Positions 56,620 through 64,000 of a stretch of DNA of 64,000 bases are shown piece after piece. Every line of letters begins with the position of its first letter. The stretch's first letter is position 1. A model generated the notes under the pieces. The model was not told the DNA's origin, did no database searches, and saw only the letters and a list, made by a program, of their open reading frames with translations. Where the stretch lies: NCBI GenBank assembly GCA_049661485.1, contig JBATAC010000002.1:556699-620698 (forward strand), written 5' to 3'. The stretch is from Candidatus Microsaccharimonas sp. Its GTDB lineage: Bacteria; Patescibacteriota; Saccharimonadia; Saccharimonadales; Saccharimonadaceae. The position numbers were made by a program, and so were the translations under genes.

Positions 56620-57120
56620 ATGAATACACTTTTCTACCTAGCACACGCAGGCCATAACCACGCTGAACAGCACACGGCTTCAAGCTCAAACCTTAGTGAT
56701 GCCGAAATTGCAGCTTTCAGCGCATTTATATTTTTATTTTACGGCATAGTTTTCATCACTAGTGTTGTTGTATATGTAGTTGTTGCGCTCAGCCTTATGC
56801 GTATCTTTAAAAAAGCGGGTGTTAAACCATGGGTAGCTTGGGTGCCATTTTATAACAAATGGAAACTTCTCGAAATTGGTGGTCAAAGAGGTTTCTGGGC
56901 AGTTCTTTCCATTATCCCAATAGTAAACATTGCTTCAGCTGTATTTATATATATAGCTCAGTATCACGTTGGTAAAAAGCTAAATAAAAACGGCGAATTC
57001 GTCCTCTGGGCAATTTTCATACCACTAGTTTGGTATATTTGGCTGGCCGTTGATGCGTCGAAATGGAACGACAAAGCGAGCGCCGCACCATCACTTCATA
57101 AGCCAGTTTCTAAAAAATAA
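56620..57120 (+). CDS. membrane protein, DUF5684-like
   Basis: 166 aa. The pattern (IFKKAGVKPWVAWVPFYNKWKLLEIGG...) is typical of that small membrane-protein family. Confidence 0.5.
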   Translation: MNTLFYLAHAGHNHAEQHTASSSNLSDAEIAAFSAFIFLFYGIVFITSVVVYVVVALSLMRIFKKAGVKPWVAWVPFYNKWKLLEIGGQRGFWAVLSIIPIVNIASAVFIYIAQYHVGKKLNKNGEFVLWAIFIPLVWYIWLAVDASKWNDKASAAPSLHKPVSKK

Positions 57121-57131
57121 TCAATATAAAG

Positions 57132-57160
57132 AAAATACCGCTTTAAACAAGCGGTATTTT
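57132..57160. terminator. bidirectional-looking terminator hairpin
   Basis: AAAATACCGC, a 9-nt loop, then GCGGTATTTT. A and T runs flank both sides. It lies between the stop at 57120 and the 3' end of tRNA-Lys. Confidence 0.6.
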
Positions 57161-57163
57161 CTT

Positions 57164-57240
57164 TGGAGGGTCAGGTGGGACTTGAACCCACGACATTCTG
57201 CTTAAGAGGCAGACGCTCTAACCAGCTGAGCTACTGACCC
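57164..57240 (-). tRNA. tRNA-Lys (anticodon CUU), CCA encoded
   Basis: Hand-folded: GGGUCAG/UA/GCUC-AGCUGGUUA-GAGC/G/UCUGC-CUCUUAA-GCAGA/AUGUC/GUGGG-UUCAAGU-CCCAC/CUGACCC-U-CCA. Confidence 0.9.
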
Positions 57241-57251
57241 ACAATTCATCT

Positions 57252-57328
57252 TGGTACACCCGGCAAGATTCGAACTTGCGACACCTGGTTCCGAAGACCA
57301 GTGCTCTAATCCACTGAGCTACGGGTGC
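57252..57328 (-). tRNA. tRNA-Arg (anticodon UCG), CCA encoded
   Basis: Hand-folded: GCACCCG/UA/GCUC-AGUGGAUUA-GAGC/A/CUGGU-CUUCGGA-ACCAG/GUGUC/GCAAG-UUCGAAU-CUUGC/CGGGUGU-A-CCA. Confidence 0.9.
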
Positions 57329-57419
57329 TCATTTCGTCTCTTGAGAGAAAAGTACAGGGGTAATTGTAGCATAAAGCTTTCAAAAAAGCTATAACCTAGG
57401 CTATACTCTAAACTAGTTT

Positions 57420-58469
57420 ATGGAAATCAAAACGGACATATCATTAAAAAGCCTTACCACAATGCGACTTGGTGGTGTGACGCAATATTTTGCCGAAGCA
57501 CGCAGCGTTTATGAATTACGCGAACTATACGCAGATGCAGTAGCCAAAAACGTACCCGTGTTCATTATTGGTGGCGGAAGCAATATTGTCGCCCACGACG
57601 AAGGCTACAAAGGCCTTGTTATTCGTATACGTATACCTGGTTTTGAAATTATAGCGGATGATCTTTATTCAACTACGATAAAAGTAGGTGCTGGTGAAAT
57701 ATGGGATGAAATCGTAAAGCGTACTGTCGATATGAAACTTACCGGTATTGAGGCAATGTCTGCCATACCGGGCACAACCGGGGCAGCACCGGTTCAAAAT
57801 ATCGGCGCCTACGGCCAAGAAATCTCGGGAACATTAGTTTCACTTGAGGCCTTCGATACGCTCGAAAATACTATGGTCACATTACAAAATGTCGACTGCG
57901 AATTTTCGTATCGCCACAGCATGTTTAGGGGTAGTCAATCGGGGCGCTATATTATTACAAGTACCACCTTTAAACTTTCAAAAAATCTGCCAATACCCCC
58001 ATTCTATGACTCACTTCAAGCCTACTTTGATCAACACAACATCACAACGTACAGTGCTCAAATTGTCCGCGATGCAGTTATTGCAATTCGTACCGATAAG
58101 CTTCCTGATCCAGCCATTAAGCCTAGTGCCGGATCATTCTTTAAAAATGCCATTATTGAAGAATGGCAACTAAGGGATTTACAAACTCAGTACCCAGACA
58201 TTAAAGCCTATGACATGGCTAATGGTACTTTCAAAATTTACACTGGTTGGCTTATTGAAAAACTTGGCTTTAAAAACCAGCTACTGCACGGTATTCGCAT
58301 TAACGAAAAAAATTGTCTCGTACTTATTAACGAATCCGCCGCAAGCTCTGCCGACCTTCAGGCCGCTGTTGATGAAATTAAAAGTAAAATACGCGATACG
58401 TTCCGCATAGAAATCGAGCAAGAACCGCTTGAAATCCCACCAAAGCCCCCAGTTGCGATTTCTGCCTAA
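57420..58469 (+). CDS. murB: UDP-N-acetylenolpyruvoylglucosamine reductase
   Basis: FAD-binding PCMH N-domain (LTTMRLGG...FIIGGGSNIV) and MurB C-terminal domain (SAGSFFKN...GWLIEKLGFK). Confidence 0.9.
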   Translation: MEIKTDISLKSLTTMRLGGVTQYFAEARSVYELRELYADAVAKNVPVFIIGGGSNIVAHDEGYKGLVIRIRIPGFEIIADDLYSTTIKVGAGEIWDEIVKRTVDMKLTGIEAMSAIPGTTGAAPVQNIGAYGQEISGTLVSLEAFDTLENTMVTLQNVDCEFSYRHSMFRGSQSGRYIITSTTFKLSKNLPIPPFYDSLQAYFDQHNITTYSAQIVRDAVIAIRTDKLPDPAIKPSAGSFFKNAIIEEWQLRDLQTQYPDIKAYDMANGTFKIYTGWLIEKLGFKNQLLHGIRINEKNCLVLINESAASSADLQAAVDEIKSKIRDTFRIEIEQEPLEIPPKPPVAISA

Positions 58470-58476
58470 ACCGCTT

Positions 58477-58995
58477 ATGCTTAGAACTATGCATAGAATG
58501 GGCTTCACTATTGTTGAGTTAATCGTAACGATTACTATTATGGGTATCCTCCTCACCCTGGGTGTAGTTGGACTTGATGCATCACAGGTAAACGCACGTG
58601 ACGCTGAAAGAAAAGCTGACGTTGAGATCATTCGACTCGCTTTAGAATCATTTTATGATACACCTAATAGTTCTCATCTAAATACAGCTGGTGGCTCATA
58701 CCCGGGAAGACTTGATATTGCTAATAACTTTTCAAGTGTCTTTCCGGCAATTGATCAGAAAGCAACTCACGCCCCTAATGTCGATATTGCTATCCCTGCG
58801 CCGGCAAGTATCGTTCTCACAAATTCGTTGGCTCCGCAGTATCCAACCACTAGTCAGTACATTTATCAGCCCATTACAAAAAGCGGCATCATATGCGACA
58901 ACGCAAACACAACCAAAGATTGTCGAAAATATGTTCTTTATTATCGCCTAGAGTCTGATAATACTGTTTATACCATTACAAGTAGACATCAGTAA
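58477..58995 (+). CDS. type IV pilin-like protein (minor-pilin candidate)
   Basis: Prepilin N-terminus (MGFTIVELIVTITIMGILLTLGVVG). Start is ambiguous among ATGs at 58477, 58489 and 58498. The ORF-track start at 58429 overlaps murB. Confidence 0.7.
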   Translation: MLRTMHRMGFTIVELIVTITIMGILLTLGVVGLDASQVNARDAERKADVEIIRLALESFYDTPNSSHLNTAGGSYPGRLDIANNFSSVFPAIDQKATHAPNVDIAIPAPASIVLTNSLAPQYPTTSQYIYQPITKSGIICDNANTTKDCRKYVLYYRLESDNTVYTITSRHQ

Positions 58996-59086
58996 AAAAT
59001 CACGAAAAAAGCTTGTGTTTAAATTGTAAAAAGGGTAAAGTATCACTAGAACTATAAATGTTTATAAAAATAGGGGGCAGCTCATA

Positions 59087-59635
59087 ATGAGTCTCACAAA
59101 TACCAAAAATAAAAGCCAAGGTTTCACAATTGTCGAACTTTTGATCGTTGTGGTTGTTATCGCTATCTTGGCTGCTATCACCATTGTTGCATACAACGGT
59201 ATTACGCAACGTGCTAACACATCAAGCGCACAAAGCACGGCAGCGAACTTCGCTAAGAAGATTGAAGCTTACAATGCAGACCAAGGTTCATACCCTGCTA
59301 ACGGAGCTGCTTTAACTTCCGCCGCTGCTAGTAACACTTATGCGGTAACCGGTGTTACCATCAACAATAACTCAGGTAGCCCTGTAGCACTTACTGCCGC
59401 ACCAAGCTCACCAAGTACCATAGCCCTATTCCTATGTGGAACTAACACATCAGCAGCTGCAACAAACCTTGCGACTGTTACGGTTCGTACGGGATATCGT
59501 GTTGACTTCTGGAACTATCAGACAGGTGCATCAAGCTCTGCAGCTTCAGGTACAGACCCTAAATCTCCTACAGCTGGTCAAACTTCAGGTACAGCGCCAA
59601 ACACTTACAACGTTACTTGTTACCCATCACTATAG
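59087..59635 (+). CDS. type IV pilin (major-pilin candidate)
   Basis: MSLTNTKNKSQGFTIVELLIVVVVIAILAAITIVAYNG is a classic class III signal with Gly at -1, Phe at +1 and Glu at +5. Ala/Ser/Thr-rich globular part with a C-terminal Cys pair. Confidence 0.85.
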   Translation: MSLTNTKNKSQGFTIVELLIVVVVIAILAAITIVAYNGITQRANTSSAQSTAANFAKKIEAYNADQGSYPANGAALTSAAASNTYAVTGVTINNNSGSPVALTAAPSSPSTIALFLCGTNTSAAATNLATVTVRTGYRVDFWNYQTGASSSAASGTDPKSPTAGQTSGTAPNTYNVTCYPSL

Positions 59636-59651
59636 TAAGTAGCTACTATAT

Positions 59652-59681
59652 AAAAAATCCCTCACTATCGAGGGATTTTTT
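59652..59681. terminator. bidirectional rho-independent terminator between the pilin gene and glyA
   Basis: AAAAAATCCCTC, loop actatc, then GAGGGATTTTTT. An A run precedes and a T run follows the stem. Confidence 0.7.
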
Positions 59682-59714
59682 ATTGATTGAAAAATACACG
59701 CTTAGCCGCTGTGT

Positions 59715-60938
59715 TCAGCGGCTAATAATCTCGATAATACGACGAGCAATTTCTACCATATCTTCTTCTTTAAGCCCCATGGTTGTCATCGCAGGTGTAC
59801 CTAAACGGATACCACTTGGCCTGTATGGTGGTAACGAATCATCAGGCACCGAGTTAGCATTAAGGATAATACCCTCGGCTTCTAGGCGCTCCTGAGCCTC
59901 CTTTCCATCAATACCGAAGCTTTCATAGACATTGGCCAGAATAAGATGGTTTTTTGTACCACCTCCAATAAGCTTAAGCCCGCCCTTCTTCAACTCTTCA
60001 GCTAAAACAGCAGCATTTTTCACTACCTGTTGAACATATTCTTTGAATTCAGGCTGAAGGGCCTCATGAAACGCAACAGCCTTAGCAGCAATTACGTGCA
60101 TGTGCGGCCCACCCTGCATTCCTGGGAATACTGCACGATCAATAAGTGTAGGAATGTTTTCAATTGTTTTTTCAGGCGCTTGTAATGGATTACCCACCTT
60201 ACCCTTTGACAAAATCATTCCACCTCTTGGGCCTCGTAACGTTTTATGTGTGGTCGTTGTAATAACATGGAAACCATAGTCAAATGGATTTTTCGCTACA
60301 CCACCGGCAATAAGTCCAGCAATATGCGCCATATCTGCCATAAGTAATGCCCCTACTTCGTTACCAATTGCAGCGAACTTCTCGTAATCAAGCTCACCAG
60401 AATAGGCACTAAAACCAGCCAGGATAATTTTTGGCTTATGTTCTAGTGCAAGCCGACGAAGCTCTTCATAGTCAATTTCACCGGTGTCAATGTTTTTCAT
60501 TTTATACCGAACAAAATTATAAAGATGCGCACTTCGGGTGACAGGCGCACCGTGAGTTAAGTGACCACCGTGGCTTAGATCCATCGCAAGGACAGTATCA
60601 CCAGGTTCGAGCCACGCGCTATAGACAGCTTCGTTAGCTGGCGCACCAGAGTGAGGTTGCACGTTGGCGTGGTCAGCCTTGAATAGCTCTTTGGCGCGAT
60701 CGATCGCTAATTGTTCGAGCTGGTCGGTATACTTTTGGCCGCCATAATAACGCCTGCCAGGATACCCCTCTGAATATTTATTTGTAAAAACACTTCCTAA
60801 TGCATTAAGAACATCTTCACTCACGTAATTCTCACTTGGAATTAATTCAATAACATCATGTTGTCGCTCTGTTTCACCTGCGATTAACTGCGCAACGGCA
60901 TCATCATGTTGCACCGTAGGACGATTTGTATCAGCCAT
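59715..60938 (-). CDS. glyA: serine hydroxymethyltransferase
   Basis: LIPSENY, PLP-lysine context ([14 protein letters not shown]) and SGIRLGTPA motifs present. Confidence 0.95.
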   Translation of the reverse strand: MADTNRPTVQHDDAVAQLIAGETERQHDVIELIPSENYVSEDVLNALGSVFTNKYSEGYPGRRYYGGQKYTDQLEQLAIDRAKELFKADHANVQPHSGAPANEAVYSAWLEPGDTVLAMDLSHGGHLTHGAPVTRSAHLYNFVRYKMKNIDTGEIDYEELRRLALEHKPKIILAGFSAYSGELDYEKFAAIGNEVGALLMADMAHIAGLIAGGVAKNPFDYGFHVITTTTHKTLRGPRGGMILSKGKVGNPLQAPEKTIENIPTLIDRAVFPGMQGGPHMHVIAAKAVAFHEALQPEFKEYVQQVVKNAAVLAEELKKGGLKLIGGGTKNHLILANVYESFGIDGKEAQERLEAEGIILNANSVPDDSLPPYRPSGIRLGTPAMTTMGLKEEDMVEIARRIIEIISR

Positions 60939-61015
60939 AGTTTTCTCCCCTTATTGTCACTATTGTACTGCAATTCACAGCACCAAGCAAAGCCTCAAGA
61001 CATTACTAAATAATT

Positions 61016-62515
61016 TTAATAGCCAGTGAAATAATCTGTTTTTATACGAGTTAGACCAAGATTTCGGACTGCATTCTTGGCATTAGCTACAAATGGGGTT
61101 GGCCCCGATATGTAGGCTACCCGGCCTTCAATTAGTGATGTGAGTGCGCCAAAATCAACACGTGAACCTTGTTGATAGATCCAGTTCCTTGGCATGTCGC
61201 TTGGTTGAGTCGGTGCAACAATAACTACTTGAATAGCAGATTGTACTAGTAAGTCTTTGTAAGCAATTTCATCGACACTTTTTACCGCATATATTAACGC
61301 AACATCACGAGTTTGTCCTACTTTTTGAAGCCATCGTAACTGGCTGATAAATGGCGTAATCCCAATACCCCCAGCAATCATAACAATAGGGGTCTCTACA
61401 TTTTTAGGTAATACAAAATCGCCACTTACGTTTGTTATCCGAAGCGTTGAATCTTTCACTAAGGCTTTTAAAGCTTTTTTAAACGAACTAGAGGGTTCAT
61501 AAAACTTTACACCTAACGAAATTTCATTTTTTCCCGGTGCAGACGTAAGACTAAACATACGCCGCTCACCCCTTAAGTCAGCTTTTTTGTGGGGTAACTC
61601 GATTTCAACATACTGTCCCGATATGTATCGGAGTGGTTTATTTGTTTCAAATATAAACTCATCCGATGTAGGGGTTAAAGCATGGCGTTTTTTAAGTGAA
61701 ATCAGTACCGCCGATCGCCGGGCAAACACAGCCGCAATCACATTACCAACAACTATTGCTAATGCGGGGGTCATTTCAGTGACACCTAGGTTTACCGGCC
61801 ATGCTACAAATACACCTACGACGGCTGCCACAATATACATTTGCCACTTTCGCGGCGGTAACGTTAATGGTTCGGTGAGCATAATACCGGCTATAAAAAT
61901 AAGCGGCCATGAAAGCAGTAGTAATAAACTCTCGCCAAATGTGACACCGAAAGCCAGGAACTGTATAACCAGAATTGGAACCGAAATGGCCAAGAAAACA
62001 CCAGCTACGGTTAGTCGCTTTGTTTGATACAGCGATACGAAAGCAACAAGTGCTACTATTGGTGTCAGTAACGGCGAAGCAACCCACCAGTGGGCCGAAG
62101 CTAACCCAGTAAAGGCAATAACAACAGCGGCAAAGGCAGCTGGATTGAAGATATGCCTACCTGATAGTACAATGATATATTTAGAAACCCCAGCAATAAG
62201 TCCAATAAAGGCGTATACAACCAACATAGCCGGCACGAGCGTTGGATTAAAAATAAGAGCTAAAATACCGCCAGTTATATACGATGATTCTGCGTGAGTT
62301 CCGACACCAAAAAGCCTGCCACATATAATGCTCGCAATGTAGGTCGAAAAACCAAACACTAATAAACTAGCAAGCATCGCCCATGGGTTAAAACTTAGCA
62401 CGCCAAAAAGGGCAAGGACAAATGCATTCAACCAAATAGCCGTCAAGCCAAATGAGATACCTTTATACATCGAAATAGGCCGAAGTATGTTGTTAAATCG
62501 TTCCACTAAGGTCAC
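61016..62515 (-). CDS. fusion protein: RnfD/NqrB-like polytopic membrane domain plus FNR-type FAD/NAD(P)-binding reductase domain
   Basis: About 260 aa of multiple TM helices, then an FAD-binding R-x-F-S motif (RRMFSLTSAP) and an NAD-binding motif (MIAGGIGITP). The ORF-track start is GTG at 62515; an alternative ATG lies at 62470. Confidence 0.65.
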   Translation of the reverse strand: MTLVERFNNILRPISMYKGISFGLTAIWLNAFVLALFGVLSFNPWAMLASLLVFGFSTYIASIICGRLFGVGTHAESSYITGGILALIFNPTLVPAMLVVYAFIGLIAGVSKYIIVLSGRHIFNPAAFAAVVIAFTGLASAHWWVASPLLTPIVALVAFVSLYQTKRLTVAGVFLAISVPILVIQFLAFGVTFGESLLLLLSWPLIFIAGIMLTEPLTLPPRKWQMYIVAAVVGVFVAWPVNLGVTEMTPALAIVVGNVIAAVFARRSAVLISLKKRHALTPTSDEFIFETNKPLRYISGQYVEIELPHKKADLRGERRMFSLTSAPGKNEISLGVKFYEPSSSFKKALKALVKDSTLRITNVSGDFVLPKNVETPIVMIAGGIGITPFISQLRWLQKVGQTRDVALIYAVKSVDEIAYKDLLVQSAIQVVIVAPTQPSDMPRNWIYQQGSRVDFGALTSLIEGRVAYISGPTPFVANAKNAVRNLGLTRIKTDYFTGY

Positions 62516-63404
62516 CCGCTACTCCTTTTCTAAAAAAATCCGAATACTCTACTTCGCCGTTTTTGCGGATAAGCATATATTCATAAGTATACCGCTTAGC
62601 AAGCTGTTTTTGATCACAAAAGAACAAGGCTGTCGCTAACCCATCGGCAATCATGGCCGTGTCGGCAATTACCCATGTTGCAATGACACCATCTACTGGT
62701 TTGCTCGTCTTAGGGTCAATTATATGATGTAGGCCTTGCCAGGCTCGACGGTTCGTAGCCGAAGCAGCTAAGGCTTTATTTTGTAGTGGAACAACACCAA
62801 GAACCTCATTCGTGTTTAACGGGTTTTCTAGCCCAACTCTTTCGAGCTTTTTGCCTACACAACGCATATCACCACTAGCATCTACCACGAAATCTTTGTG
62901 CCCATATGAAATGAGCTGCTCAACAACCAAATCAACCAGGTACCCTTTCCCGGCGGCACCAATATCAATCACTACAGGTTGATTTACTGTAATGGTGTTT
63001 GCTCGCCTATCAAGAACGGATAGCTTAGGCGTTATGCGAATTGAACTATTCGGCCTTAAAGAGTAGCTGCTATCATACCCCATATCCTCAAGCGTCGCAC
63101 CAATAAGCGGCGTGACATAGCCATTACTTATTTCGTAAAGGTCTTCATAAAAATCAAATACATCCCGGGCGTTTTCAGGAAAAATATACTCACCCTCTGC
63201 CTTCGATATTGCATACACCAATGAATCTTTTCTGAACCTTGAATAGGTTTTATCAAAATTCTCAATGGTTTTAACTACGCTTGCCTTAGCGGTTTCTAGT
63301 AATGGAGTGTCCGTGACAATCTCCCACTCTGTTCCTAAAGCCGCGAAACGCCAGTTAAGCTTTGGCGTCGTTTTTAATTTGGTCGAGGGCATCATTAAAT
63401 CCAT
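62493..63404 (-). CDS. apbE: FAD:protein FMN transferase (ApbE family)
   Basis: 303 aa with an ApbE-like pattern (FDKTYSRFRKDSLVYAI..., VIDIGAAGKGYLVD, HHIIDPKTSKP, ADGLATALF). Confidence 0.8.
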   Translation of the reverse strand: MDLMMPSTKLKTTPKLNWRFAALGTEWEIVTDTPLLETAKASVVKTIENFDKTYSRFRKDSLVYAISKAEGEYIFPENARDVFDFYEDLYEISNGYVTPLIGATLEDMGYDSSYSLRPNSSIRITPKLSVLDRRANTITVNQPVVIDIGAAGKGYLVDLVVEQLISYGHKDFVVDASGDMRCVGKKLERVGLENPLNTNEVLGVVPLQNKALAASATNRRAWQGLHHIIDPKTSKPVDGVIATWVIADTAMIADGLATALFFCDQKQLAKRYTYEYMLIRKNGEVEYSDFFRKGVAGDLSGTI

Positions 63405-63837
63405 TTGTTGTTAGTGACGACCCAGCCACGCGAGTTAACGATACTTCATTTACAGACTTACCGATAACAAGGTCTTTGTAATTGTTGGCAAAAAGCGTTT
63501 GGTATTCTTCAGCATCACGGTCAGTCGCATTCTTCACGACACTTGTGTCGGTAATGACACCATCTTTAATTGTTACCGTTAAATCAATCGACTCTCGCCC
63601 ACCCGGTGAAACATAACTACCAGTTGCACTGTACGTGCCATCCTTATAAGTAGAGGTGTCTGTCGACTGGGTTTGAGTGGTAGATGACGATGACGAGCTT
63701 GTCTGCTGACTGGTGTTCGTTGCCGTATCTGTTTGTTGATTCTGGCTAACAACAATAGCAGCACTCGCCACAATACCAATAAGTACTATAACGATGAGTG
63801 CCGCGAGGGCAGGGTGTAATTTTTTGGGTTGATTCAT
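63355..63837 (-). CDS. membrane-anchored FMN-binding domain protein
   Basis: N-terminal TM anchor, Ser/Thr/Gln-rich linker, and an FMN_bind-like domain (YKDGTYSATGSYVSPGGRESIDLTVTIKDGVITD ... VAGSSLTTNGF). The usual S-G-A-T flavinylation motif is degenerate here. Confidence 0.65.
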   Translation of the reverse strand: MNQPKKLHPALAALIVIVLIGIVASAAIVVSQNQQTDTATNTSQQTSSSSSSTTQTQSTDTSTYKDGTYSATGSYVSPGGRESIDLTVTIKDGVITDTSVVKNATDRDAEEYQTLFANNYKDLVIGKSVNEVSLTRVAGSSLTTNGFNDALDQIKNDAKA

Positions 63838-63901
63838 ATATTTCTCCGAATAATAGTATTAGTATAATTTAGATTACTGAGAGATTCTTTAGAAACTCGT
63901 A

Positions 63902-64000
63902 CTAATACGTAATGTGCACTTCGTTAAGCCATAGCTTTTGAGGGCGTGTCAGTATGAAGACAATCACCTGAGCCAAATCATCGGGTTCTGTATATTTCTC
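63902..64000 (-). CDS. C-terminal fragment of a short-chain dehydrogenase/reductase (5' part lies outside the window)
   Basis: Own minus-strand translation from position 64000: EKYTEPDDLAQVIVFILTRPQKLWLNEVHITY, then a stop at 63902-63904. This is the typical SDR C-terminal pattern. Confidence 0.5.
   Translation of the reverse strand, partial: EKYTEPDDLAQVIVFILTRPQKLWLNEVHITY

Overview
The window is a compact, gene-dense, low-GC chromosome segment, roughly 40-45% G+C by eye (not computed). Most genes are housekeeping genes on the minus strand.

Recognisable genes:
- DNA repair and replication: uvrA, uvrC, pcrA, sbcB, ruvX, tatD.
- Translation and RNA modification: alaS, metG, mnmA, trhO, rsmA, rplY, plus tRNA-Glu, tRNA-Lys and tRNA-Arg.
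- Central metabolism: pyk-pgk-tpiA, glyA, folD.
- Cell envelope and division: murB, mltG, an ftsA-like gene, obg, secG.
- Cell-wall hydrolases: one LysM/CHAP enzyme and two DUF348/G5 enzymes.
- Surface structures: three type IV pilin-like genes and one LPXTG surface protein.
- Others: a two-component system and an ApbE/FMN-binding/RnfD-FNR flavinylation cluster.

The short AlaRS, the pilins, the many orphan proteins and the tight gene packing suggest a Patescibacteria/CPR organism such as Saccharibacteria. This placement is an inference and has not been verified.

The main result is three short segments of very different composition, about two-thirds G+C by eye, with nearly every third codon position G or C. 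They lie at about 18.47-18.96 kb, 46.58-47.11 kb and 47.52-49.70 kb.
- Each segment carries one or two ORFs with Actinobacteria-like codon usage and ends in its own GC-rich hairpin.
- Each is driven by an AT-rich, near-consensus sigma70-type promoter (TTGACA, 17-nt spacer, TAAAAT / TATATT / TAAATT).
- Two of the three are bracketed by inverted repeats. One pair is a perfect 11-bp match. The other is about 22 of 24 nt and extends as a weaker match to about 50 bp.
- The leaders of those two segments are partly homologous to each other.
- No integrase, transposase or reverse transcriptase is visible anywhere in the window.

I read these as inverted-repeat-bounded cassettes of horizontally acquired (host-like) genes placed under native promoters. 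They are the best candidate for something undescribed here.

No CRISPR array, rRNA gene or recognisable IS element was seen. The supplied ORF track translates TTG and GTG starts as M, and I trimmed several starts accordingly.
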